Source: a virus
Taxonomy: Duplodnaviria > Heunggongvirae > Uroviricota > Caudoviricetes
IMG/VR virus record: IMGVR_UViG_2617270960_000002
Length of the DNA: 10,922 nucleotides
Direction: 5' to 3' (one strand)
In this document: in pieces, positions 1 to 7,495 of the stretch
Layout of the letters: each line of letters starts with the position of its first letter
Position numbering within the stretch: position 1 is the first letter of the stretch
Program-made: the position numbers and the translations under genes
Notes under the pieces: model-generated
Told to the model about the DNA's origin: nothing
Seen by the model: the letters and a program-made list of their open reading frames with translations, nothing else
Databases searched by the model: none

Positions 1-1
1 C

Positions 2-406
2 ATCGGGGAGGAAGAAGCCCGTGCCTTTTCCCGCGAGGTTGAAGCGGCATGGAAAGAGTTTGCCGAGGACGACTGTTGCTGCATTGACGTTGAGCGAAAA
101 CGCACGTTCACCATGATGATTCGGGAAGGTGTGGCCATGCATGCCTTTAACGGTGAACTGTTCGTTCAGGCCACCTGGGATACCAGCCCGTCGCGACTGT
201 TCCGGACACAGTTCCGGATGGTCAGTCCGAAGCGTATCAGCAACCCGAACAATACCGGCGACAGCCGGAACTGCCGTGCCGGTGTGCAGATTAATGACAG
301 CGGTGCGGCGCTGGGATATTACGTCAGCGAGGACGGCTATCCTGGCTGGATGCCGCAGAAATGGACATGGATACCCCGTGAATTACCCGGCGGGCGCGCG
401 CGTTGA
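2..406 (+). CDS. 3' end of an upstream phage head-module gene (5' end outside the window); product not identified, possibly an FI-like DNA-packaging or head-completion protein
   Basis: Frame 2 is open from the first bases of the window to TGA at 404-406. The translation is protein-like (…FNGELFVQATWDTSPSRLFRTQF…GYPGWMPQKWTWIPRELP) but does not match lambda FI or FII as I recall them. Its position directly upstream of the FII remnant and Z-U-V suggests a head-module gene. Confidence 0.5.
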   Translation: MGEEEARAFSREVEAAWKEFAEDDCCCIDVERKRTFTMMIREGVAMHAFNGELFVQATWDTSPSRLFRTQFRMVSPKRISNPNNTGDSRNCRAGVQINDSGAALGYYVSEDGYPGWMPQKWTWIPRELPGGRAR

Positions 407-584
407 AGGCTCCAGCCCGTCCCTGTTTGTCCGGACTGATGAGGTGCGGCAGCTGCGGCGCGGCGACACGCTGACCATCGGTGAGGAAAACTTCTGGATA
501 GACCGGATTTCGCCGGATGATGGTGGAAGCTGTCATCTCTGGCTTGGGCGGGGCGTACCGCCTGCCGTTAACCGTCGCCGCTGA
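378..584 (+). CDS. FII: Head-tail joining protein FII homolog, C-terminal ~62 residues only; start codon uncertain (candidate GTG 378; the longest ORF begins at ATG 129)
   Basis: Frame-3 translation from ~393 to 584 (…VEGSSPSLFVRTDEVRQLRRGDTLTIGEENFWIDRISPDDGGSCHLWLGRGVPPAVNRRR*) matches the C-terminal half of lambda gpFII nearly residue for residue. Upstream of ~390 this frame reads as R/S/C-rich non-protein-like sequence and overlaps the frame-2 gene, so the N-terminal half of FII is absent. Stop TGA at 582-584. Confidence 0.55.
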   Translation: MNYPAGARVEGSSPSLFVRTDEVRQLRRGDTLTIGEENFWIDRISPDDGGSCHLWLGRGVPPAVNRRR

Positions 585-592
585 AAGGGGGA
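585..592 (+). promoter_or_regulatory. Shine-Dalgarno-like ribosome-binding site for Z (AAGGGGGA)
   Basis: Purine-rich AAGGGGGA lies 3-5 nt upstream of the Z ATG at 596. Confidence 0.5.
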
Positions 593-595
593 TGT

Positions 596-1174
596 ATGGC
601 CATAAAAGGTCTTGAGCAGGCCGTTGAAAACCTCAGCCGTATCAGCAAAACGGCGGTGCCCGGTGCCGCCGCAATGGCCATTAACCGCGTTGCTTCATCC
701 GCGATATCGCAGTCTGCGTCACAGGTTGCCCGTGAGACAAAGGTACGCCGGAAACTGGTAAAGGAAAGGGCCAGGCTGAAAAGGGCCACGGTCAAAAATC
801 CGCAGGCCAGAATCAAAGTTAACCGGGGGGATTTGCCCGTAATCAAGCTGGGTAATGCGCGGGTTGTCCTGTCCCGCCGCAGGCGTCGTAAAAAGGGGCA
901 GCGTTCATCCCTGAAAGGTGGCGGCAGCGTGCTTGTGGTGGGAAACCGTCGTATTCCCGGCGCGTTTATTCAGCAACTGAAAAATGGCCGCTGGCATGTC
1001 ATGCAGCGTGTGGCCGGGAAAAACCGTTACCCCATTGATGTGGTGAAAATCCCGATGGCGGTGCCGCTGACCACGGCGTTTAAACAGAATATTGAACGGA
1101 TACGGCGTGAACGTCTTCCGAAAGAGCTGGGCTATGCGCTGCAGCATCAACTGAGAATGGTAATAAAGCGATGA
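596..1174 (+). CDS. Z: Tail completion protein Z (lambda gpZ family), 192 aa
   Basis: ORF 596..1174 translates to MAIKGLEQAVENLSRISKTAVPGAAAMAINRVASSAISQ…[11 protein letters not shown], essentially the lambda gpZ sequence as I recall it. Its stop overlaps the U start (ATGA at 1171-1174). Confidence 0.95.
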   Translation: MAIKGLEQAVENLSRISKTAVPGAAAMAINRVASSAISQSASQVARETKVRRKLVKERARLKRATVKNPQARIKVNRGDLPVIKLGNARVVLSRRRRRKKGQRSSLKGGGSVLVVGNRRIPGAFIQQLKNGRWHVMQRVAGKNRYPIDVVKIPMAVPLTTAFKQNIERIRRERLPKELGYALQHQLRMVIKR

Positions 1175-1566
1175 AACATACTGAACTCCGTGCAGCCGTA
1201 CTGGATGCACTGGAGAAGCATGACACCGGGGCGACGCTTTTTGATGGTCGCCCCGCTGTTTTTGATGAGGCGGATTTTCCGGCAGTTGCCGTTTATCTCA
1301 CCGGCGCTGAATACACGGGCGAAGAGCTGGACAGCGATACCTGGCAGGCGGAGCTGCATATTGAAGTTTTCCTGCCTGCTCAGGTGCCGGATTCAGAGCT
1401 GGATGCGTGGATGGAGTCCCGGATTTATCCGGTGATGAGCGATGTCCCGGCACTGTCAGATTTGATCACCAGTATGGTGGCCAGTGGCTATGACTACCGG
1501 CGCGACGATGATGCGGGCCTGTGGAGTTCAGCCGATCTGACTTATGTCATTACCTATGAAATGTGA
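1171..1566 (+). CDS. U: Tail terminator protein U (lambda gpU family), 131 aa
   Basis: ORF 1171..1566 translates to [71 protein letters not shown]…LTYVITYEM, matching lambda gpU. It is coupled to Z by an ATGA overlap. Confidence 0.95.
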   Translation: MKHTELRAAVLDALEKHDTGATLFDGRPAVFDEADFPAVAVYLTGAEYTGEELDSDTWQAELHIEVFLPAQVPDSELDAWMESRIYPVMSDVPALSDLITSMVASGYDYRRDDDAGLWSSADLTYVITYEM

Positions 1567-1573
1567 GGACGAT

Positions 1574-2314
1574 ATGCCTGTACCAAATCCAGTAATGCCG
1601 GTGAAAGGGGCCGGGACCACACTGTGGGTTTATAAGGGGAACGGTGACCCTTATGCGAACCCGCTTTCAGACGTTGACTGGTCGCGTCTGGCTAAAGTTA
1701 AAGACCTGACGCCCGGCGAACTGACCGCTGAGTCCTATGACGACAGCTATCTCGATGATGAAGATGCGGACTGGACTGCGACCGGGCAGGGGCAGAAATC
1801 TGCCGGAGATACCAGCTTCACGCTGGCGTGGATGCCCGGAGAGCAGGGGCAGCAGGCGCTGCTGGCGTGGTTTAATGAAGGGGATACCCGTGCCTATAAA
1901 ATCCGCTTCCCGAACGGCACGGTCGATGTGTTCCGCGGCTGGGTCAGCAGTATCGGTAAGGCGGTGACGGCGAAGGAAGTGATCACCCGCACGGTGAAAG
2001 TCACCAACGTGGGACGTCCGTCGATGGCAGAAGATCGCAGCACGGTAACAGCGGCAACCGGCATGACCGTGACGCCTGCCAGCACTTCGGTGGTGAAAGG
2101 GCAGAGCACCACGCTGACCGTGGCATTCCAGCCGGAAGGCGCAACCGACAAGAGCTTCCGTGCGGTGTCTGCGGATAAAACAAAAGCCACCGTGTCGGTC
2201 AGTGGTATGACCATCACCGTGAAAGGTGTTGCTGCAGGCAAGGTCAACATTCCGGTTGTATCCGGTAATGGTGAACTTGCTGTGGTTGCAGAAATCACCG
2301 TCACCGCCAGTTAA
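1574..2314 (+). CDS. V: Major tail tube protein V (lambda gpV family), 246 aa, with a C-terminal Ig-like domain
   Basis: The true start is the internal ATG at 1574 ([22 protein letters not shown]…), preceded by GAGGA at 1565-1569. The listed ORF start at 1544 lies inside U and adds a non-homologous [10 protein letters not shown]. The sequence matches lambda gpV through the C-terminal …[17 protein letters not shown]. Stop TAA at 2312-2314. Confidence 0.95.
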   Translation: MPVPNPVMPVKGAGTTLWVYKGNGDPYANPLSDVDWSRLAKVKDLTPGELTAESYDDSYLDDEDADWTATGQGQKSAGDTSFTLAWMPGEQGQQALLAWFNEGDTRAYKIRFPNGTVDVFRGWVSSIGKAVTAKEVITRTVKVTNVGRPSMAEDRSTVTAATGMTVTPASTSVVKGQSTTLTVAFQPEGATDKSFRAVSADKTKATVSVSGMTITVKGVAAGKVNIPVVSGNGELAVVAEITVTAS

Positions 2315-2329
2315 TCCGGAGAGTCAGCG

Positions 2330-2752
2330 ATGTTCCTGAAAACCGAATCATTTGAATATAACGGTGTGAGCGTCACGCTTTCTGAACTGTCAGCCCTGCA
2401 GCGAATTGAGCATCTCGCCCTGCTGAAACGACAGGCAGAACAGGCGGGATCCAGTCTCAATCGACAGGTGAGCGTGGAAGATCTCGTCAGAACCGGTGCT
2501 TTTCTGGTGGCGATGTCCCTGTGGCATAGCCATCCGCAGAAGACAAAGATGCCGTCCATGAATGAAGCCGTTAAACAAATTGAGCAGGAAGTGCTTACCA
2601 CCTGGCCCACAGAGGCAATTGCTCAGGCTGAAAATGTGGTAATGCGTCTGTCCGGTATGTCTGAGTTTGTTGTGAATGATGCACCTGAACAGGCAGATGA
2701 CGCCGGGCCAGCAGAGCCTGTTTCTGCGGGAAAGTGTTCGACGGTGAGCTGA
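2330..2752 (+). CDS. G: Tail assembly chaperone G (lambda gpG family), 140 aa
   Basis: ORF 2330..2752 translates to MFLKTESFEYNGVSVTLSELSALQRIEHLALLKRQAEQ…PAEPVSAGKCSTVS, matching lambda gpG. GGAGAG (2318-2323) is upstream of the ATG. The slippery heptamer sits near the 3' end. Confidence 0.95.
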   Translation: MFLKTESFEYNGVSVTLSELSALQRIEHLALLKRQAEQAGSSLNRQVSVEDLVRTGAFLVAMSLWHSHPQKTKMPSMNEAVKQIEQEVLTTWPTEAIAQAENVVMRLSGMSEFVVNDAPEQADDAGPAEPVSAGKCSTVS

Positions 2753-3168
2753 GTTTTGCCCTGAAACTGGCGCGTGAGATGGGGCGACCCGACTGGCGCG
2801 CCATGCTTGCCGGGATGTCATCCACGGAGTATGCCGACTGGCACCGCTTTTACAGTACCCATTATTTTCATGATGTTCTGCTGGATATGCACTTTTCCGG
2901 GCTGACGTACACCGTACTCAGCCTGTTTTTCAGCGATCCGGATATGCATCCGCTGGATTTCAGTCTGCTGAACCGGCGCGAGGCTGACGAAGAGCCTGAA
3001 GATGATGTGCTGATGCAGAAAGCGGCAGGGCTTGCCGGAGGCGTCCGCTTTGGCCCGGACGGGAATGAAGTTATCCCCGCTTCCCCGGATGTGGCGGACA
3101 TGACGGAGGATGACGTAATGCTGATGACAGTATCAGAAGGGATCGCAGGAGGAGTCAGGTATGGCTGA
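2330..3168 (+). CDS. T: Tail assembly chaperone G-T fusion made by a -1 frameshift at 2728-2734; the T-specific segment is 2734..3168
   Basis: The -1 frame downstream of the slippery site reads FDGELSFALKLAREMGRPDWRAMLAGMSSTEYADWHRFYSTHYFHDVLLDM…SEGIAGGVRYG*, matching the lambda gpT portion of gpGT. There is no independent RBS or ATG for T. TGA at 3166-3168 overlaps the H start at 3161. Confidence 0.85.
2728..2734 (+). other. Programmed -1 ribosomal frameshift slippery heptamer G_GGA_AAG (G to G-T)
   Basis: GGGAAAG at 2728-2734, with GGA and AAG as zero-frame codons of G. The -1 frame is open from 2734 to 3168 and encodes lambda gpT-like sequence. Lambda G-T uses the same heptamer. Confidence 0.85.
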
Positions 3169-5722
3169 ACCGGTAGGCGATCTGGTCGTTGATTTGAGTC
3201 TGGATGCGGCCAGATTTGACGAGCAGATGGCCAGAGTCAGGCGTCATTTTTCCGGTACGGAAAGTGATGCGAAAAAAACAGCGGCAGTCGTTGAACAGTC
3301 AATGAACCGGCAGGCGCTGGCTGCACAGAAAGCGGGGATTTCCGTCGGACAGTATAAAGCCGCCATGCGTATGCTGCCTGCACAGTTCACCGACGTGGCC
3401 ACGCAGCTTGCAGGCGGGCAAAGTCCGTGGCTGATCCTGCTGCAACAGGGTGGTCAGGTTAAGGACTCCTTCGGCGGGATGATCCCCATGTTCAGGGGGC
3501 TTGCCGGTGCGATCACCCTGCCGATGGTCGGGGCCACCTCGCTGGCGGTGGCGACCGGTGCGCTGGCGTATGCCTGGTATCAGGGCAACTCAACCCTGTC
3601 CGATTTCAACAAAACGCTGGTCCTTTCCGGCAATCAGTCGGGTCTGACGGCAGATCGCATGCTGGTCCTGTCCAGAGCCGGGCAGGCGGCAGGGCTGACG
3701 TTTAACCAGACCAGCGAGTCACTCAGCGCACTGGTTAAGGCGGGAGTAAGCGGTGAGGCTCAGATTGCGTCCATCAGCCAGAGTGTGGCGCGTTTCTCCT
3801 CTGCATCCGGCGTGGAGGTGGACAAGGTCGCTGAAGCCTTCGGGAAGCTGACCACAGACCCGACGTCAGGGCTGACAGCGATGGCGCGTCAGTTCCATAA
3901 CGTGACGGCGGAGCAGATTGCGCATGTTGCTCAGTTGCAGCGTTCCGGCGATGAAGCCGGGGCATTGCAGGCGGCGAACGAGGCCGCGACGAAAGGGTTT
4001 GATGACCAGACCCGCCGCCTGAAAGAGAACATGGGTACGCTGGAGACCTGGGCAGACAGGACAGCGCGGGCATTCAAATCCATGTGGGATGCGGTGCTGG
4101 ATATTGGTCGTCCTGATACCGCGCAGGAGATGCTGATTAAGGCAGAGGCTGCGTTTAAGAAAGCGGACGACATCTGGAGTCTGCGCAAGGATGATTATTT
4201 TGTTAACGATGAAGCGCGGGCGCGTTACTGGGATGATCGTGAAAAGGCCCGTCTTGCGCTTGAAGCCGCGAGAAAGAAGGCTGAACAGCAGAGTCAACAG
4301 GACACAAATGCGCAGCAGCAGAGCGATACTGAAGCGTCACGGCTGAAATATACCGAAGAGGCGCAGAAGGCTTACGAACGCCTGCAGACGCCGCTGGAGA
4401 AATATACCGCCCGTCAGGAAGAACTGAATAAGGCACTGAAAGACGGGAAAATCCTGCAGGCAGATTACAACACGCTGATGGCGGCGGCGAAAAAGGATTA
4501 TGAAGCGACGCTGAAAAAGCCGAAACAGTCCGGCGTGAAGGTGTCTGCGGGCGATCGTCAGGAAGACAGTGCTCATGCTGCCCTGCTGACGCTTCAGGCT
4601 GAACTCCGGACGCTGGAGAGGCATGCCGGAGCGAATGAGAAAATCAGCCAGCAGCGCCGGGATTTGTGGAAGGCGGAGAGTCAGTTCGCGGTACTGGAGG
4701 AGGCGGCGCAACGTCGCCAGCTGTCTGCACAGGAGAAATCCCTGCTGGCGCATAAAGATGAGACGCTGGAGTACAAACGCCAGCTGGCTGCACTTGGCGA
4801 CAAGGTTACGTATCAGGAGCGCCTGAACGCGCTGGCGCAGCAGGCGGATAAATTCGCACAGCAGCAACGGGCAAAACGGGCCGCCATTGATGCGAAAAAC
4901 CGGGGGCTGACTGACCGGCAGGCAGAACGGGAAGCCACGGAACAGCGCCTGAAGGAACAGTATGGCGATAATCCGCTGGCGCTGAATAACGTCATGTCAG
5001 AGCAGAAAAAGACCTGGGCGGCTGAAGACCAGCTTCGCGGGAGCTGGATGGCAGGCCTGAAGTCCGGCTGGAGTGAGTGGGAAGAGAGCGCCACGGACAG
5101 TATGTCGCAGGTTAAAAGTGCTGCCACGCAGACCTTTGATGGTATTGCACAGAATATGGCGGCGATGCTGACCGGCAGTGAGCAGAACTGGCGCAGCTTC
5201 ACCCGTTCCGTGCTGTCCATGATGACAGAAATTCTGCTTAAGCAGGCAATGGTGGGGATTGTCGGGAGTATCGGCAGCGCCATTGGCGGTGCTGCCAGTG
5301 GTGGAGCATCAGCGTCAGGCGGTACAGCCATTCAGGCAGCTGCGGCGAAATTCCATTTTGCGACCGGAGGATTTACGGGAACCGGCGGCAAATATGAGCC
5401 AGCGGGGATTGTTCACCGTGGTGAATTTGTCTTCACGAAGGAGGCAACCAGCCGGATTGGTGTCGGCAACCTGTACCGCCTGATGCGGGGCTATGCGGAA
5501 GGTGGTTATGTGGGCGGTGCCGGAAGTCCGGCGCAGATGCGGCGGGCTGAAGGCATTAATTTTAATCAGAACAATCACGTGGTGATTCAGAACGACGGTA
5601 CGAATGGTCTGCCAGGTCCACAGATGATGAAGGCAGTGTATGACATGGCCCGCAAGGGTGCCCGTGATGAAATTCAGGCACAGATGCGCGATGGTGGTCT
5701 GTTCTCCGGAGGTGGACGATGA
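3161..5722 (+). CDS. H: Tail tape measure protein H (lambda gpH family), 853 aa
   Basis: ORF 3161..5722 translates to MAEPVGDLVVDLSLDAARFDEQMARVRRHFSGTESDAKKTAAVVEQS…, co-linear with and the same length as lambda gpH. It has the hydrophobic segment and Gly-rich C-terminal region typical of tape measure proteins. Its stop overlaps the M start. Confidence 0.95.
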   Translation: MAEPVGDLVVDLSLDAARFDEQMARVRRHFSGTESDAKKTAAVVEQSMNRQALAAQKAGISVGQYKAAMRMLPAQFTDVATQLAGGQSPWLILLQQGGQVKDSFGGMIPMFRGLAGAITLPMVGATSLAVATGALAYAWYQGNSTLSDFNKTLVLSGNQSGLTADRMLVLSRAGQAAGLTFNQTSESLSALVKAGVSGEAQIASISQSVARFSSASGVEVDKVAEAFGKLTTDPTSGLTAMARQFHNVTAEQIAHVAQLQRSGDEAGALQAANEAATKGFDDQTRRLKENMGTLETWADRTARAFKSMWDAVLDIGRPDTAQEMLIKAEAAFKKADDIWSLRKDDYFVNDEARARYWDDREKARLALEAARKKAEQQSQQDTNAQQQSDTEASRLKYTEEAQKAYERLQTPLEKYTARQEELNKALKDGKILQADYNTLMAAAKKDYEATLKKPKQSGVKVSAGDRQEDSAHAALLTLQAELRTLERHAGANEKISQQRRDLWKAESQFAVLEEAAQRRQLSAQEKSLLAHKDETLEYKRQLAALGDKVTYQERLNALAQQADKFAQQQRAKRAAIDAKNRGLTDRQAEREATEQRLKEQYGDNPLALNNVMSEQKKTWAAEDQLRGSWMAGLKSGWSEWEESATDSMSQVKSAATQTFDGIAQNMAAMLTGSEQNWRSFTRSVLSMMTEILLKQAMVGIVGSIGSAIGGAASGGASASGGTAIQAAAAKFHFATGGFTGTGGKYEPAGIVHRGEFVFTKEATSRIGVGNLYRLMRGYAEGGYVGGAGSPAQMRRAEGINFNQNNHVVIQNDGTNGLPGPQMMKAVYDMARKGARDEIQAQMRDGGLFSGGGR

Positions 5723-6048
5723 AAACCTTCCGCTGGAAAGTGAAACCCGGTATGGATGTGGCTTCGGCCCCTTCCGTAAGAAAGGTGCGCTTTGGTGATG
5801 GCTATTCCCAGCGAGCGCCTGCCGGGCTGAATGCCGACCTGAAAACGTACAGCGTGACGCTTTCTGTTCCCCGTTGGGAGGCCACGGCGCTGGAGTCGTT
5901 TCTGGCTGAGCACGGGGGCTGGAAAGCCTTTCTGTGGACGCCGCCTTATGAGTGGCGGCAGATAAAGGTGACCTGCGCAAAATGGTCGTCGCGGGTCAGT
6001 ATGCTGCGTGTTGAGTTCAGCGCAGAGTTTGAACAGGTGGTGAACTGA
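5719..6048 (+). CDS. M: Tail tip assembly protein M (lambda gpM family), 109 aa
   Basis: ORF 5719..6048 translates to MKTFRWKVKPGMDVASAPSVRKVRFGDGYSQRAPAGLNADLKTYSVTLSVPRWEAT…EFSAEFEQVVN, matching lambda gpM. ATGA overlap with H; its stop overlaps the L ATG at 6048. Confidence 0.95.
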   Translation: MKTFRWKVKPGMDVASAPSVRKVRFGDGYSQRAPAGLNADLKTYSVTLSVPRWEATALESFLAEHGGWKAFLWTPPYEWRQIKVTCAKWSSRVSMLRVEFSAEFEQVVN

Positions 6049-6746
6049 TGCAGGATATCCGGCAGGAAACACTGAATGAATGCACCCGTGCGGAGCAGTC
6101 GGCCAGCGTGGTGCTCTGGGAAATCGACCTGACAGAGGTCGGTGGAGAACGTTATTTTTTCTGTAATGAGCAGAACGAAAAAGGTGAGCCGGTCACCTGG
6201 CAGGGGCGACAGTATCAGCCGTATCCCATTCAGGGGAGTGGTTTTGAACTGAATGGCAAAGGCACCAGTACGCGCCCCACGCTGACGGTTTCTAACCTGT
6301 ACGGTATGGTCACCGGGATGGCGGAAGATCTGCAGAGTCTGGTCGGCGGAACGGTGGTCCGGCGTAAGGTTTACGCCCGTTTTCTGGATGCGGTGAACTT
6401 CGTCAACGGAAACAGCGACGCCGATCCGGAGCAGGAGGTGATCAGCCGCTGGCGCATCGAGCAGTGCAGCGAACTGAGCGCGGTCAGTGTCTCTTTTGTA
6501 CTGTCCACACCGACTGAAACGGATGGCTCTGTTTTTCCGGGGCGTATCATGCTGGCCAACACCTGCACCTGGACCTATCGCGGCGATGAGTGCGGTTATA
6601 GCGGTCCGGCGGTCGCGGATGAATATGACCAGCCGACGTCCGATATCACGAAGGATAAATGCAGCAAATGCCTGAGCGGCTGTAAGTTTCGCAATAACGT
6701 CGGCAACTTTGGCGGCTTCCTTTCCATTAACAAACTTTCGCAGTAA
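6048..6746 (+). CDS. L: Tail tip protein L (lambda gpL family), 232 aa
   Basis: ORF 6048..6746 translates to MQDIRQETLNECTRAEQSASVVLWEIDLTEVGGERYFFCNEQNEKGEPVTWQGRQYQPY…, matching lambda gpL, including the C-terminal Cys cluster (CSKCLSGC). Confidence 0.95.
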   Translation: MQDIRQETLNECTRAEQSASVVLWEIDLTEVGGERYFFCNEQNEKGEPVTWQGRQYQPYPIQGSGFELNGKGTSTRPTLTVSNLYGMVTGMAEDLQSLVGGTVVRRKVYARFLDAVNFVNGNSDADPEQEVISRWRIEQCSELSAVSVSFVLSTPTETDGSVFPGRIMLANTCTWTYRGDECGYSGPAVADEYDQPTSDITKDKCSKCLSGCKFRNNVGNFGGFLSINKLSQ

Positions 6747-6751
6747 ATCCC

Positions 6752-7495
6752 ATGACACAGACAGAATCAGCGATTCTGGCGCACGCCCGGCGATGTGCGC
6801 CAGCGGAGTCGTGCGGCTTCGTGGTGAGAACGCCGGAGGAGGAAAGATATTTTCCCTGCGTGAATATCTCCGGTGAACCGGAGGATTATTTCCGGATGTC
6901 GCCGGAGGACTGGCTGCAGGCCAAAATGCAGGGTGAGATTGTGGCGCTGGTCCACAGCCACCCCGGTGGTCTGCCCTGGCTGAGTGAGGCCGACCGGCGG
7001 CTGCAGGTGCAGAGTGATTTGCCGTGGTGGCTGGTCTGCCGGGGGACGATTCATAAGTTCCGCTGTGTGCCGCATCTCACCGGGCGGCGCTTTGAGCACG
7101 GGGTGACGGACTGTTACACGCTGTTCCGGGATGCTTATCATCTGGCGGGGATTGAGATGCCGGATTTTCATCGCGAGGATGACTGGTGGCGTCACGGTCA
7201 GAATCTCTATCTGGATAATCTGGAGGCCACAGGGCTGTATCAGGTGCCGTTGTCAGCGGCACAGCCGGGCGATGTTCTGCTGTGCTGTTTTGGTTCATCG
7301 GTGCCGAATCACGCCGCCATTTACTGCGGCGACGGCGAGCTGCTGCACCATATTCCTGAACAACTGAGTAAACGAGAGAGGTATACCGACAAATGGCAGC
7401 GACGCACACACTCCCTCTGGCGTCACCGGGCATGGCACGCATCTGCCTTTACGGGGATTTGCAACGATTTGGCCGCCGCATCGACCTTCGTGTGA
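6752..7495 (+). CDS. K: Tail tip assembly protein K (lambda gpK family), 247 aa from ATG 6752; JAMM/MPN-like N-terminal region plus NlpC/P60-like C-terminal region. An internal ATG at 6896 would give the shorter 199-aa form.
   Basis: ORF 6752..7495 translates to MTQTESAILAHARRCAPAESCGFVV…ALVHSHPGG…GVTDCYTLF…NHAAIY…, matching lambda K. The HSHP motif (~6953-6964) and the Cys (7112-7114) and His (7310-7312) of an NlpC/P60-type dyad are present. The 3' end overlaps the I start by 103 nt in another frame. Confidence 0.9.
   Translation: MTQTESAILAHARRCAPAESCGFVVRTPEEERYFPCVNISGEPEDYFRMSPEDWLQAKMQGEIVALVHSHPGGLPWLSEADRRLQVQSDLPWWLVCRGTIHKFRCVPHLTGRRFEHGVTDCYTLFRDAYHLAGIEMPDFHREDDWWRHGQNLYLDNLEATGLYQVPLSAAQPGDVLLCCFGSSVPNHAAIYCGDGELLHHIPEQLSKRERYTDKWQRRTHSLWRHRAWHASAFTGICNDLAAASTFV

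Noticed and set aside
129-377. N-terminal two-thirds of the frame-3 ORF 129..584 as genuine coding sequence
   Set aside because: The translation (MWPCMPLTVNCSFRPPGIPARRDCSGHSS…) is not protein-like and overlaps the better-supported frame-2 ORF. Only the region from ~390 onward matches FII.
1544-1573. Extended V start at ATG 1544 ([10 protein letters not shown]…)
   Set aside because: This ATG lies inside U. The V homology begins at the internal ATG 1574 (MPVPNP…), which has a proper GAGGA RBS.
3272-3278. A7 homopolymer in H (and a G6 run at 823-828 in Z) as possible slippage or frameshift sites
   Set aside because: The reading frames are continuous and lambda-like across both runs, with no alternative frame open downstream, so these are ordinary coding homopolymers.
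4337-5980. Several reverse-strand ORFs (4337..4867, 4813..5331, 5315..5980, 5674..6072) inside H
   Set aside because: All are antisense to the tape measure gene, whose sense frame is continuous and lambda-like for 853 codons. The reverse translations are Arg/Leu/Ser/Cys-rich with no recognizable motifs.
5946-6758. 270-aa reverse-strand ORF antisense to M/L
   Set aside because: Completely overlaps M and L, which match lambda proteins nearly residue for residue. Composition is typical of antisense artefacts.
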